The notes under the pieces were generated by a model. That model saw only the letters and a list, made by a program, of their open reading frames with translations. It was not told where the DNA came from and did no database searches. From an uncultured Bacteroidales bacterium (GTDB taxonomy: Bacteria > Bacteroidota > Bacteroidia > Bacteroidales > VadinHA17): a stretch of DNA of 64,000 bases. How positions within the stretch are numbered: position 1 is the first letter of the stretch; every line of letters starts with the position of its first letter. Positions 28,938 through 38,749 of this stretch are shown piece by piece. Both the position numbers and the translations under genes were made by a program. The DNA lies in the NCBI GenBank assembly GCA_963844935.1, contig CAWJQH010000008.1, positions 474,904-538,903 on the forward strand, written 5' to 3'.

Positions 28938-30423
28938 TCACTCTGTGTAGTAAAGCGCGAATGTGCTGATGTTGGGTCTTGCACGTGATGATTTTATCGT
29001 AAGCCTGATCTCGTCAGCCGTTACATCGGGAAAACGGAGCAGCCGCTTGTAACCGATTGTAGTACCTGTAGCCACTGTAAACCACTCCTGGTCCGTCCGG
29101 GCTTCAATGACAAATTTTTCCACTCTCTGTCCCATGCTGATATCCTCCTGCAACATTGCCACATTGAATGTGACTGATATGGCGGGAACGAAGGATGCAA
29201 CCCTCTGGCGGTTGGGGGTCCATGATGTTGTGCTGTCGCTGTCAATGGCCCTTGCTGCTCCTTTCCCGTAGGGGCGGGCACCGTTAAGGAGGTCAGTGTC
29301 ATAGAGATCATCAAGCCGCGCCTTGAGACCCATAAGGCTTTTAACATCATGATCTGTTATCAGCCCGCGGTTGTCGGGCGGGACATTCAGAAGCAGGACG
29401 GCGTTACGGCCCACGGAGCTGAAATAGATATCAAGCAGCTCATCAGGATCTTTTACGAGGCTGTCTTCTGCTGCATGCCAGAACCATCCCGGGCGAATTG
29501 AAACATCGACTTCAGCAGGATACCAGAAGACCTTTCCGGCTTTCTGAAGAAGGGCGCTGTTGCCGAGATCCATAGAGGCAGGGCTCAGTCCCAGTGCCTC
29601 ATTTATTGCCCGGCTCTCAGGTGTGCCGCCCGGAGCAAGCGCTGTCACGCTCCACTCAGTCTCACGGCCGTAGCCCGTCTCCGTACCCACCCATCTCACA
29701 TCCTCACCCATAATGGCTGTGACGGCATCCGGCTGAAGTTTCCTGATAAGATCATAATAAGCCTGCCAGTCATATTCCTGTCTCCGGCCGCCGGGACCCT
29801 CCCCATTGGCGCCGTCAAACCAAACCTCGTCAACCTTGCCGTACCATGTAAGAAGCTCGGTCAGCTGCTCCAGGTAGAATTTATTGTACGCCGGGGAATC
29901 ACCGTAACACTCCGCATTACGGTCCCACGGAGAGAGGTAAACACCGAATTTCATATTGTACTTTTCGCAAGCATCCCTGAGCTCTCTTATCACATCGCCC
30001 TTGCCTTCCTTCCATGGGCTTGAGGCAACCGAGTGGCTGGTAGTTTTTGTCGGCCAGAGGCAAAAGCCGTCGTGATGCTTTGCCGTGATGATTACCATCT
30101 TCATTCCTGCCTCACTGAGGACCCTGACCCACTGTTCAGCGTCAAGGGAGACAGGGTTGAACAGCATCCGGAGATTCGTCCCCGCGGCCCCATTCCTTGT
30201 CAGTGAAGGTGTTTATGTTAAAGTGGATGAACGCCGTCATCTCAAGCTGCTGCCAGGCGAGCTGACGGGGATGGGGCACCACGCGGGCAGCCATTGCTTC
30301 CTTGACGCCGTGGGGCGGATTGGCAGGAAATTCGACCTGCCCCGGATAAAACTTGTCGAAATCATTATCCGCGCATGATTGGAGCAAAAGAAAAAAGAAT
30401 GATATTATTGCCAGCCTTCTCAT
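28938..30423 (-). pseudogene. GH29 alpha-L-fucosidase with C-terminal F5/8 type C (discoidin) domain, interrupted by one +1 frameshift (probably a sequencing indel)
   Basis: ORF 30142..30423 encodes a lipoprotein signal plus ...AFIHFNINTFTDKEWGRGDESP. ORF 28938..30167 continues with MLFNPVSLDAEQW...HHDGFCLWPT.... The frames meet at CCGG (30168-30171). Removing one base gives ...GDESPMLFNP.... Confidence 0.8.
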
Positions 30424-30839
30424 TTGCGGCTTTCCTTTGCAGACTTGACATACCTGGCATTCCTGAAACGCAGGGCAGACCAGTCATCGTCAACCGACAC
30501 CTGGCTGACAGGCCTCATACCGGTCTCCAGAACAGGTTCCCATCCGTGGTCACGGTTGATGTCGCTGGAATATTTGCGGGATGTTCCCTTGGGATAAACC
30601 ATCCACAGCTTGCCGTCATCACTCAGGTTGTGGATGCCGGCCGGACCAAGCCTTTTTACCTCCTGTAAATCCGGGGTGAAAATAATCATAAAGTCATACA
30701 GGTAACGGGCATTGATCTCCGTATCTATCTGAACCCCGGGCAACGTCTTATCCAGCATTCTTATAATATCATTCGGTGCGTTCAGTACAGCTATGCGCTC
30801 CTGATCACCGTATTTGAACTTTTTCAGGATTTCATCCAT
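30420..30839 (-). CDS. hypothetical cytoplasmic protein (possibly DUF3052-like)
   Basis: ORF with a 4 nt ATGA overlap onto the fucosidase start. The start is taken at MDEILKKF (30839). Only a weak family resemblance (LWMVYPKG). Confidence 0.45.
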   Translation of the reverse strand: MDEILKKFKYGDQERIAVLNAPNDIIRMLDKTLPGVQIDTEINARYLYDFMIIFTPDLQEVKRLGPAGIHNLSDDGKLWMVYPKGTSRKYSSDINRDHGWEPVLETGMRPVSQVSVDDDWSALRFRNARYVKSAKESRK

Positions 30840-30861
30840 GATTGACAATCTGCATTTCACA

Positions 30862-30869
30862 CAAATATA
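30862..30869 (-). promoter_or_regulatory. candidate -7 box (TATATTTG on the minus strand) for the 30839->18120 minus-strand gene block
   Basis: The plus strand reads CAAATATA, the reverse complement of TAnnTTTG, 23 nt upstream of the 30839 start. Confidence 0.35.
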
Positions 30870-30927
30870 CAAATTAGTGGTCAGTAAGATTGAGATGAAC
30901 TTTTTGCTGACTTTTGCGTATCTGTTG

Positions 30928-30935
30928 TATATTTG
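30928..30935 (+). promoter_or_regulatory. candidate -7 box TATATTTG driving the TPP riboswitch transcript
   Basis: Exact TAnnTTTG match. A TTTG lies 21 nt upstream (30903-30906), and the riboswitch aptamer begins about 8-12 nt downstream. Confidence 0.5.
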
Positions 30936-30939
30936 CAGT

Positions 30940-31022
30940 GTCGAATTACGGGGTGCCTTAAAATACAGGCTGAGATCATACCCTTACAACCTGATCCGGG
31001 TAATGCCGGCGTAGGGAACAAG
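30940..31022 (+). ncRNA. TPP (THI-box) riboswitch aptamer
   Basis: Sequence reads ACGGGGTGCC...GGCTGAGATCATACCC...AACCTGATCCGGGTAATGCCGGCGTAGGGAA. This contains the invariant CUGAGA and ACCUGAUC.GG.UAAUGCC.GCG elements. Downstream, GCACCC (31048-31053) can pair with the aptamer's GGGTGC, and a T-run follows at 31074-31079. Confidence 0.9.
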
Positions 31023-31090
31023 AGTAATCATTTCCGGTCTGTTGACGCACCCTCGCTTCTGACATCAGGTTAGTTTTTTAAGTTATTATT

Positions 31091-33517
31091 GTGAGGAAGA
31101 TTTACTTATTTCTGTCTCTGTTATTAATAGCCTGTTCTGCAGTTCACGGGCAGAACAGCCGTGGCGTCATCACCGGCAGGGTCACTGACAGCGATGGCCT
31201 GCCCCTGGCAGGCGCATCGGTAGTCATTGACAGCCTCAAAGCAGGTGTGGCAACCGGCAACGACGGGCGGTATGCCCTGCGGGGAATGAACTCCGGCAGG
31301 CATGCCCTTCGCATCAGTTTCACCGGCTTCGAGCCTTTTGACACGGCAGTCGTTGTGCAGGGGAATGCAATTGTTGATGCTTCGCTGAAGGAAGCTCTTT
31401 TTGTGACCGACGAGGTTATAGTACGAGGAAGCCGTGCCGGTACCCGAACGCCAATGGCGCACAGTACAATTGAAGCTCCGGAGATGCGAACCCGCGACCT
31501 GACAAGGGATATGCCTTTTCTTCTTTCCCTTACCCCTTCAGTGGTGGAGACATCTGATGCAGGCAACGGAATCGGATATACCTCAATGCGTATCCGGGGC
31601 ACTGATGCCAGCAGGATAAATATCACCCTCGACGGGATACCTCTCAACGATGCCGAATCGCAGCAGGTATTCTGGGTAGACCTGCCTGACCTGGCTTCAT
31701 CGACAGGCAGCATCCAGATACAGCGCGGGGTTGGTACATCGACCAATGGAGCCGGTGCATTCGGGGCATCAGTGAACATAAGCTCAATGACGCCATCAGA
31801 TGACCCCGGAGCGGAGGCTGCGCTTTCTTTCGGTTCCTTTAACACAGTGAGAGCCATGGCAAAAGCATGGACAGGCAGCCTCGGCGACAGTTTCAATATG
31901 TTGGTCAGGGCGTCGCTGACGACAAGTGACGGGTACGTTGATCACAGCGCCTCCGATATCCGTTCCGCAATGGTTTCAGGCATCTGGTCTGCGCAATCGA
32001 ACAGGCTGAGATTTAATTTCCTTACCGGCAGTGAAAGGACAGGGATAAGCTGGTGGGGCGTCCCGGCAGAGGTGCTTCCGGAGAACAGGCGTTATAATCC
32101 TGCAGGTGAATATACTGACAGTAACGGTGACCTGCGGTATTATGAAGATGAGACTGACAATTATACCCAGAACCACTACCACCTATTCAATACCCATCTT
32201 TTTGCAGGGCATGTCAGTCTTAATACCGGCCTGCACCTGACATCCGGATCGGGCTACTACGAGGAGCAGGAGAGTGACCGCGACCCTTCGGAGTATGGGC
32301 TGTACGGGCTGACAGACGACGGACTGCCAGTGGATGAAACCGACCTGGTGCAGCGCAAGTGGCTTGATAACTATTTCTACGGTGCGGTATGGTCACTTGT
32401 AAAGGCCGGCAGTGTCGCTGAATGGACCCTTGGCGGGGCACTTAACAGGTACGACGGAGATCACTTCGGGAGGCTGATATGGATGGAGCATCCGGGAAAT
32501 ATCACTCCTGACTATGAATGGTACAGGAACAACGGCTTGAAGGATGAGTTCAGCATCTACGGGAAGGTCAACACCATGGTCTCCGGCAGCCTGAACGCTT
32601 TCCTGGACCTGCAGTACAGGTACATCAGCTATCATTTCAAAGGACCAGACAGCGACATGAAGGACCTCACGGCGGATCATCAGTACCGGTTCTTCAATCC
32701 GAAGACGGGCCTGTTCTGGAGTAACGGCAGCGGTAGTGATGCTTTTGTTTCGGTATCTGTAGCTCATCGTGAACCCACACGCACTGACTTCAAGGAAGCT
32801 GCCGGTGACCCGGAAGCAACGCCCGGTCCGGAGCGCCTGACGGATTTCGAGGGCGGGTACACATACCGGAACACCTCCCTTTCGCTGGGACTCAATCTGT
32901 ACCATATGCTTTACCGTGACCAGCTTGTCCCGACAGGCAGGATCAGCAACACCGGGTACCCCATTATGACGAACGTCCCGGAAAGTTACCGGACAGGTGT
33001 TGAATTCTCGGGAAGCTACAGGCCATCGCCGGTGGCTGCACTCAGGATGAACCTGACGATCAGCCGGAGCAGGATAAAGGATTTCACGAATTACTACTTC
33101 AACTATAATACATCCGACTGGAGCGAAGAATATACATCGGCCAGCCTCGGTACGGTGGACATCGCCTATTCACCGCGCATAACCGGATCGGCAGAGGTGG
33201 AGATCAATCCGTTGAAAAACCTTACCCTGAATCTGACAGGAAAGTACGTGGGCAAACAGTACTTTGACAATACAATGAGTGAAGAGAGGAAGCTCGATCC
33301 CTATTTTGTCTCAAACATCTCTGCAGGCTATAAGATTCATTTAAAAGGATCCGGTGAGCTCATGCTGCGGTTCATTGTAAACAACCTGTTGAATGCCATT
33401 TATGAAAACAATGCATACGGAGGGATGTGGACCGAAGACGGAGCTGAAAAGACCTGGGCGTACTTCTTTCCGCAGGCAGGCATTAACTATACCGCCGGTA
33501 TTACATTATCCTTCTGA
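31091..33517 (+). CDS. TonB-dependent outer-membrane receptor (thiamine-regulon OMthi type) with N-terminal carboxypeptidase-regulatory-like domain
   Basis: Signal peptide present (..AVHG/QNS). CarbopepD_reg motif GRVTDSDGLPLAGASVVI, then plug and barrel, with a terminal aromatic residue (TLSF). GTG start. Confidence 0.9.
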   Translation: MRKIYLFLSLLLIACSAVHGQNSRGVITGRVTDSDGLPLAGASVVIDSLKAGVATGNDGRYALRGMNSGRHALRISFTGFEPFDTAVVVQGNAIVDASLKEALFVTDEVIVRGSRAGTRTPMAHSTIEAPEMRTRDLTRDMPFLLSLTPSVVETSDAGNGIGYTSMRIRGTDASRINITLDGIPLNDAESQQVFWVDLPDLASSTGSIQIQRGVGTSTNGAGAFGASVNISSMTPSDDPGAEAALSFGSFNTVRAMAKAWTGSLGDSFNMLVRASLTTSDGYVDHSASDIRSAMVSGIWSAQSNRLRFNFLTGSERTGISWWGVPAEVLPENRRYNPAGEYTDSNGDLRYYEDETDNYTQNHYHLFNTHLFAGHVSLNTGLHLTSGSGYYEEQESDRDPSEYGLYGLTDDGLPVDETDLVQRKWLDNYFYGAVWSLVKAGSVAEWTLGGALNRYDGDHFGRLIWMEHPGNITPDYEWYRNNGLKDEFSIYGKVNTMVSGSLNAFLDLQYRYISYHFKGPDSDMKDLTADHQYRFFNPKTGLFWSNGSGSDAFVSVSVAHREPTRTDFKEAAGDPEATPGPERLTDFEGGYTYRNTSLSLGLNLYHMLYRDQLVPTGRISNTGYPIMTNVPESYRTGVEFSGSYRPSPVAALRMNLTISRSRIKDFTNYYFNYNTSDWSEEYTSASLGTVDIAYSPRITGSAEVEINPLKNLTLNLTGKYVGKQYFDNTMSEERKLDPYFVSNISAGYKIHLKGSGELMLRFIVNNLLNAIYENNAYGGMWTEDGAEKTWAYFFPQAGINYTAGITLSF

Positions 33518-34191
33518 TGATCATGATCACCTGGCTGTCTGAAAATATTGTCGAGGTCTTCGGAGCTGTCACCGGGATAGCATATGTCATTCTCGAGATC
33601 AGGCGCAACATACTGTTATGGCCATTGGGCATCCTGACTTCAGCGGTATATATATTTGTCTTTGGCAGGAACGGTTTTTATGCGGGGATGGTGCTGCAGG
33701 GGTATTATGTGGTGATCAGTATTTACGGATGGTACAAATGGCATGGAGCAAGGGGCATGGGGCAAGCTGGCGATCCGCCGAATGGCGGTGAGGCAGTCCC
33801 GCGAAGCGGGAGAGCACGGAGCACGGAGCAGGGGGAAAGAATTGCAATTGAAAAGGACGGCTCTGATATTAAAAATATTGATATAAAAACTGCCATAAAC
33901 AGCATTTTGACTGGCCTGGCACTGTGGGGTTTGCTGTGGTTTTCGCTGGACAGGTGGACTGACTCTCCGGTGCCGCTCTGGGACGGACTGATTACTTCAC
34001 TCTCGGTAGTGGCCACATGGATGCTGACCAGGAAATATATTGAACAGTGGTACGTCTGGATCGTGGCAAACGCAATCGCCATTGTCGTATACCTGGCCGT
34101 AGGCATGTATCCTACGGCCGCACTATTCTTTGTATATTTCGTAATGGCAATAATTGGTGCAAGAGCCTGGAGCAGGAGAAAATCATTTTAA
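33517..34191 (+). CDS. pnuT: PnuC-family transporter, probable thiamine transporter PnuT
   Basis: Its start overlaps the receptor stop (ATGA). PnuC-like TMs and the motif YGWYKW are present, and the gene lies under the TPP riboswitch. It carries a ~45 aa low-complexity loop insertion. Confidence 0.8.
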   Translation: MIMITWLSENIVEVFGAVTGIAYVILEIRRNILLWPLGILTSAVYIFVFGRNGFYAGMVLQGYYVVISIYGWYKWHGARGMGQAGDPPNGGEAVPRSGRARSTEQGERIAIEKDGSDIKNIDIKTAINSILTGLALWGLLWFSLDRWTDSPVPLWDGLITSLSVVATWMLTRKYIEQWYVWIVANAIAIVVYLAVGMYPTAALFFVYFVMAIIGARAWSRRKSF

Positions 34192-34257
34192 TCAAGGTAT
34201 GCAAGACGTATGATATGTACAAAACCCAAATCCTCGTAGAGGATTAAACTATTGTAG

Positions 34258-34923
34258 ATGAATGTGATACAAAAACAATCATTATCCCTTAGGGATTACA
34301 GGCCGGCAAAGTCGGTCATCCTGGCAAACGGACAGTACCCGTCGCATGCGGTGCCGGTCAGATACCTTGAAGAGGCCGATCTTATAGTCTGCTGTGACGG
34401 AGCGGCGGAGAAGCTGGTAGCCCATGGCATGGAACCGGGGATCATAACCGGGGATCTTGACTCCGTCTCCCCGGAGCTGAAAAGAAAATATAAGAGCATA
34501 CTGGTAACTGATGCTGACCAGGAGACCAATGACCTGACCAAGGCTGTAAAGTGGTGCGTTTCGCAGGGGATTAAGGAAATTGCAATTCTTGGCGCCACAG
34601 GCTTACGCGAAGACCATACACTTGGAAATATCTCTCTTCTGGCCGACTACAATCGTAATCTGAAAGCAATTATGCTCACTGATACGGGATCATTCCGGGT
34701 TTTTGACCGCACCGTTACAATTGATTCATTTCCCGGTCAGCAGGTGTCGCTGTTCAGCCTTGATCCGGACCTGGCAGTGACCTCATCAGGTCTCCGCTAT
34801 CCGTTGCAGAAACTCAGGCTCACAAGCTGGTGGCGCGGAACATTGAATGAGGCGGCGGGAGATAGCTTTACCCTGAGTTTTGAAAACGGCCGGATAATCG
34901 TATTTATGAAATACCCTGAATAA
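34258..34923 (+). CDS. thiamine diphosphokinase (thiamine pyrophosphokinase)
   Basis: Motifs ILANGQYP, VCCDGAA and TGDLDS; 221 aa; last gene of the riboswitch operon. Confidence 0.85.
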   Translation: MNVIQKQSLSLRDYRPAKSVILANGQYPSHAVPVRYLEEADLIVCCDGAAEKLVAHGMEPGIITGDLDSVSPELKRKYKSILVTDADQETNDLTKAVKWCVSQGIKEIAILGATGLREDHTLGNISLLADYNRNLKAIMLTDTGSFRVFDRTVTIDSFPGQQVSLFSLDPDLAVTSSGLRYPLQKLRLTSWWRGTLNEAAGDSFTLSFENGRIIVFMKYPE

Positions 34924-35112
34924 ATGCAGGTAACAACAGATCCACGGATTGAAACAGTGTAACTCTGTCTTAACTCTGAGTAACCCTGTGTTTAAATTTT
35001 TTTTACCACAGAGTGACACGGAAAAATAGCTGAGTTGCACTGCCGGGGTGAACTAAAATTAAATATTGACTATCTTCAAATGTTCTTTTGTTCATCAAAA
35101 CAGTACCGAACC

Positions 35113-36696
35113 ATGAAAAAGACTCTCTTCCCTGCCATTGGCATTATTTTACTAATGTCAATCTCTTCATGCATAAATGAATCTAAAAAAGCTGCCGCGG
35201 AAACCGGGCCGTTCCGGTTTGCGGAATACACAACAGACCAGCTGCAGCAGGGTTACAAAAACGGAGACTTCACTATTACGGAAGTGGTGCAGGCCTATCT
35301 TGACCGCATAAATGAAATCGATGACAACGGACCTGCGCTCAACGCTGTCATACAGGTGAACCCCGATGCGCTCACCATTGCCGCACAGCTTGATCAGGAG
35401 CTGAAGGAAGGCAAATTGCGCGGCCCCATGCACGGTGTGCCGGTGCTGCTTAAAGATAATATTGATACACATGACGGAATGGAAACGACAGCCGGATCAA
35501 GAGCGTTGCGCGGATCACACCCCCCGAAAGACAGCTTTGTGGCGCAGAAGCTCCGCGAGGCCGGCGCCGTCATAATTGGCAAGGCCAACCTGAGTGAGTG
35601 GGCCAACTTCCGCGGTAACCTCTCTTCAAGCGGGTGGAGCGGCGTTGGCGGACAGACAAAAAACCCCTACATCCTTGACCGCAATCCGTGCGGCTCAAGC
35701 TCGGGGTCAGGTGTGGCCGTATCGGCCAACCTGTGCATGACAGCTGTAGGCACCGAAACTAACGGATCAATAGTATGCCCCTCAACAGCCAACGGAATTG
35801 TCGGGATAAAACCCACCGTGGGCCTCCTCAGCCGCAGCGGTATCGTGCCGATCTCATTCACCCAGGACACACCCGGACCCATGGCGCGCACCGTGCGTGA
35901 CGCAGCAATAATGCTTGGTACGATGACAGGCATCGATACTGCGGACAGCAAAACGGCAGCCTCAGAGGGAAAGATGCTTAACGATTATACACCTTTCCTT
36001 AAGGAAGAGGGCCTGAAGGGAAAGAGGATCGGATGGTACACCTCGGCCAGAGGCCAGCACTACAAGGTTGACACGCTGATGCAAAAAGCTGTCGATTATA
36101 TCAAAAGCCAGGGAGCCGAAGTAATCGAGGTAGAAGAAATTTACAGCAGGGAGGTGGGCTCACTCTCTTTCCAGGTACTGCTCTGGGAATTCAAAGACGG
36201 ACTTAACAAATACTTTGCTTCACTGGGCGATGCTGCCCCGGTAAAAAATGTAGAGGAGCTGATAGAGTTCAACAGGAATGATACCGTTGAGCTCAGATAC
36301 TATGACCAGGAACTGCTTCTTGAAGCACAACAGAAGGGCAGCGTTGAATCCGGGGAATTTCAGGATATACTTTCAAAGATGAACCGGCTGGTGCGCGAGG
36401 AGGGAATTGACAGGGTTATGGCTGAGAACAGGCTTGACGCCTTTATTGCACCCACCGGATCACCCGCATGGAAGACTGACCTTGTCAACGGCGACTCATA
36501 CACAGTAAGCAGCTCGTCACCGGCTGCCATAGCCGGCTATCCTAACATTACAGTGCCGATGGGCTTTGTAGACGGATTGCCGGTGGGGATCTCCTTCTTC
36601 GGGAGGGCATGGAGCGAGCCGTTGCTGCTGGAGATTGCCTATGCCTATGAGGCTGGCACAAAATACCGCACAGAACCGATGTTCAGGACGGAGTGA
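35113..36696 (+). CDS. amidase-signature family amidase, lipoprotein
   Basis: Lipobox MSISSC after MKKTLF. The amidase signature region is GMETTAGS...CGSSSGSGVAVSANL. The ORF stays open from 35035. Confidence 0.85.
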   Translation: MKKTLFPAIGIILLMSISSCINESKKAAAETGPFRFAEYTTDQLQQGYKNGDFTITEVVQAYLDRINEIDDNGPALNAVIQVNPDALTIAAQLDQELKEGKLRGPMHGVPVLLKDNIDTHDGMETTAGSRALRGSHPPKDSFVAQKLREAGAVIIGKANLSEWANFRGNLSSSGWSGVGGQTKNPYILDRNPCGSSSGSGVAVSANLCMTAVGTETNGSIVCPSTANGIVGIKPTVGLLSRSGIVPISFTQDTPGPMARTVRDAAIMLGTMTGIDTADSKTAASEGKMLNDYTPFLKEEGLKGKRIGWYTSARGQHYKVDTLMQKAVDYIKSQGAEVIEVEEIYSREVGSLSFQVLLWEFKDGLNKYFASLGDAAPVKNVEELIEFNRNDTVELRYYDQELLLEAQQKGSVESGEFQDILSKMNRLVREEGIDRVMAENRLDAFIAPTGSPAWKTDLVNGDSYTVSSSSPAAIAGYPNITVPMGFVDGLPVGISFFGRAWSEPLLLEIAYAYEAGTKYRTEPMFRTE

Positions 36697-38749
36697 CCTC
36701 GGGAAGCGTTGTGTTTATGCCTGTAAGATAACTGTGAACCTCGATCTGGGACCGCAATGGTTTCTTTGGGTTTTTTACAATGTTATTAGACTGCGTCTCG
36801 TCGAAGAGCCTCGCCTTGACATTGTCATTCCACTGAATCTCGAACACATCCCTGATCTCTTTTTTAATGCCCGGATCAAAGACAGGACATGATACCTCTA
36901 TCCTGCGGTCAAGATTTCTCGGCATGATATCGGCAGAAGTGATATACACAAGTTCGTCGCCGCCGTTGCAGAAGATCATGAACCTCGAATGCTCAAGGAA
37001 CCTGTCCACTATGCTGATGGCCCCGATATTCGCACTGAAATCCTTCATCTCAGGGATAAGTGACAGCATTCCCCTTACAATAAGCCTGATCTTAACTCCT
37101 GCCTTGCCTGCCTTATAGAGCCGCCCGATTATCTCCTCATCAGTAAGATTATTGATCTTGATGGAGATATATGCCTCCTTCCCGGCCTTAGCCTTTTTCG
37201 TCTCGTTTTCAATGAGCATGAGCAGTTTGTTGCGAAGGCCGAACGGCGATACCAGAAGGTGATAGAATTTGTCCTTACGGTAATTGGCGATGAAGAAATT
37301 AAAAGCCTTCAGAACCTCGTTTGTGATCTTTTTATCAGAAGTAAGAAGCAGATGGTCTGTATATACCCTGGCAGTGTCCTCGTTGAAGTTGCCGGTACCA
37401 ACGGCAGCAAATCTCTGTGTGACATCGTTCTTGACGCGTGTTATAAGACACAGCTTTGAGTGTACCTTCAGTCCCGGCACGCCGTAAATGACCTTCACAC
37501 CTTCATCAAGAAGCTTATTGCCCCACAGGATATTCGCCTCCTCATCAAACCGGGCCTGCAGCTCCACAACGGTGGTGACCTCCTTGCCGTTGCGCGCGGC
37601 ATTCATCAGGGCGTTGATCACGCTGGAATTCCTTGCCAGCCGGTAAAGAGTGATATGTATCGATGTTACATTGGGATCTATTGAGGCTTCCCTCAGCAGG
37701 TCGATGAAATGATCAAACGGATTATAGGGGAAATAGAACAGGATATCCTTCTTCTTAATGACCGACAGGATACTCCTGCCATGCTGAATGTCACGGTGAA
37801 ATATCGGAGGCAGCTTTTTGTAATAGAGATCTTCGTCGAGACGGATGAAGTGCATAAAGTCCTTGAAATTGTGATATCTCTCTCCGGGTATCATTACATC
37901 GGCAGGACCGAGATTAAGTTTCTTTGTGAGTATCTTCAGGAAGCCCTCAGGGATATTCCTGTCATACACGAACCTCACAGGGGTTCCCTTTTTCCGTTGC
38001 TGCAGGCTTTTTGAAAGCTTGTCTATGTAGCTTTCGGAGATGTCATCAGCAATATCGAGCTCGGCGTCTTTGGTCAGCTTGATTGTGTAGGCCTGCATAT
38101 CATCGAACGGGAAGATGAAGAAGAGCTCTTTCATCCCGAACCTTATTACATCGTCAAGGAAGATGATATATTTCCCTCCGTCTGTCTCAGGAAGCATTAT
38201 AAACCTTGGAAGGATGCCTGTAGGAATCTCAAGTAGTGAATACCATTTTTTATCCGTGGAAGAGTTTTTGAGGAGAATGCCAAAATAAATTGCATCATCA
38301 GTGAGGTTCGGCAGTTTCGCATCCTTGATCAGCATAAGGGGCATCAGCCTGTGCCTGACCTCTTTGTGAAAATAATTGCGGACAAACTCAGCCTGTACCG
38401 GATCAAGCTGCTGCTCGTTGATGAAATGGATGTTAAGCTTCTTCAGTTCTTTGAGCAGGTCGAGGTAGATCTTCTCAAACCTTGCATTCTGGGCAAGCAC
38501 GATCTTCTGAACACTCTTGAGGGTTTCCTTGGGGTTGTACCCCAGGATATTCTTTGACTTATTGACGAACAATGACAGTCTCTTGAGTGTGGCTACCCTT
38601 ACCCTGAAGTATTCATCGAGATTATTGGAATATATACCGAGGAAGTTAAATCTCTCCATCAGAGGTACTTCCTTGTTCCCGGCCTCCTGCAGAACCCTTT
38701 CGTTAAAAGAGAGCCAGCTTATCTCCTTGGGGATATATGCCTTACTCAT
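36683..38749 (-). CDS. ppk1: polyphosphate kinase 1
   Basis: 688 aa. N-terminus reads EISWLSFNERVLQEA. Two PLD-like HKD regions are present (VHSKLCLI.., FLEHSRFMIF). Confidence 0.95.
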   Translation of the reverse strand: MSKAYIPKEISWLSFNERVLQEAGNKEVPLMERFNFLGIYSNNLDEYFRVRVATLKRLSLFVNKSKNILGYNPKETLKSVQKIVLAQNARFEKIYLDLLKELKKLNIHFINEQQLDPVQAEFVRNYFHKEVRHRLMPLMLIKDAKLPNLTDDAIYFGILLKNSSTDKKWYSLLEIPTGILPRFIMLPETDGGKYIIFLDDVIRFGMKELFFIFPFDDMQAYTIKLTKDAELDIADDISESYIDKLSKSLQQRKKGTPVRFVYDRNIPEGFLKILTKKLNLGPADVMIPGERYHNFKDFMHFIRLDEDLYYKKLPPIFHRDIQHGRSILSVIKKKDILFYFPYNPFDHFIDLLREASIDPNVTSIHITLYRLARNSSVINALMNAARNGKEVTTVVELQARFDEEANILWGNKLLDEGVKVIYGVPGLKVHSKLCLITRVKNDVTQRFAAVGTGNFNEDTARVYTDHLLLTSDKKITNEVLKAFNFFIANYRKDKFYHLLVSPFGLRNKLLMLIENETKKAKAGKEAYISIKINNLTDEEIIGRLYKAGKAGVKIRLIVRGMLSLIPEMKDFSANIGAISIVDRFLEHSRFMIFCNGGDELVYITSADIMPRNLDRRIEVSCPVFDPGIKKEIRDVFEIQWNDNVKARLFDETQSNNIVKNPKKPLRSQIEVHSYLTGINTTLPEVTPS

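Noticed and set aside
31144-31896. 250 aa minus-strand ORF inside the TonB-dependent receptor gene
   Set aside because: It is a shadow ORF, antisense to a clearly recognisable receptor, with Arg/Ser/Pro-rich non-protein-like composition.
33723-34106. 127 aa minus-strand ORF inside pnuT
   Set aside because: It is antisense to the PnuC-family gene under riboswitch control, so it is a shadow frame.
36635-36892. 85 aa plus-strand ORF at the amidase/ppk1 convergent overlap
   Set aside because: It overlaps the ends of two strongly supported genes and has no motif or start-site support.
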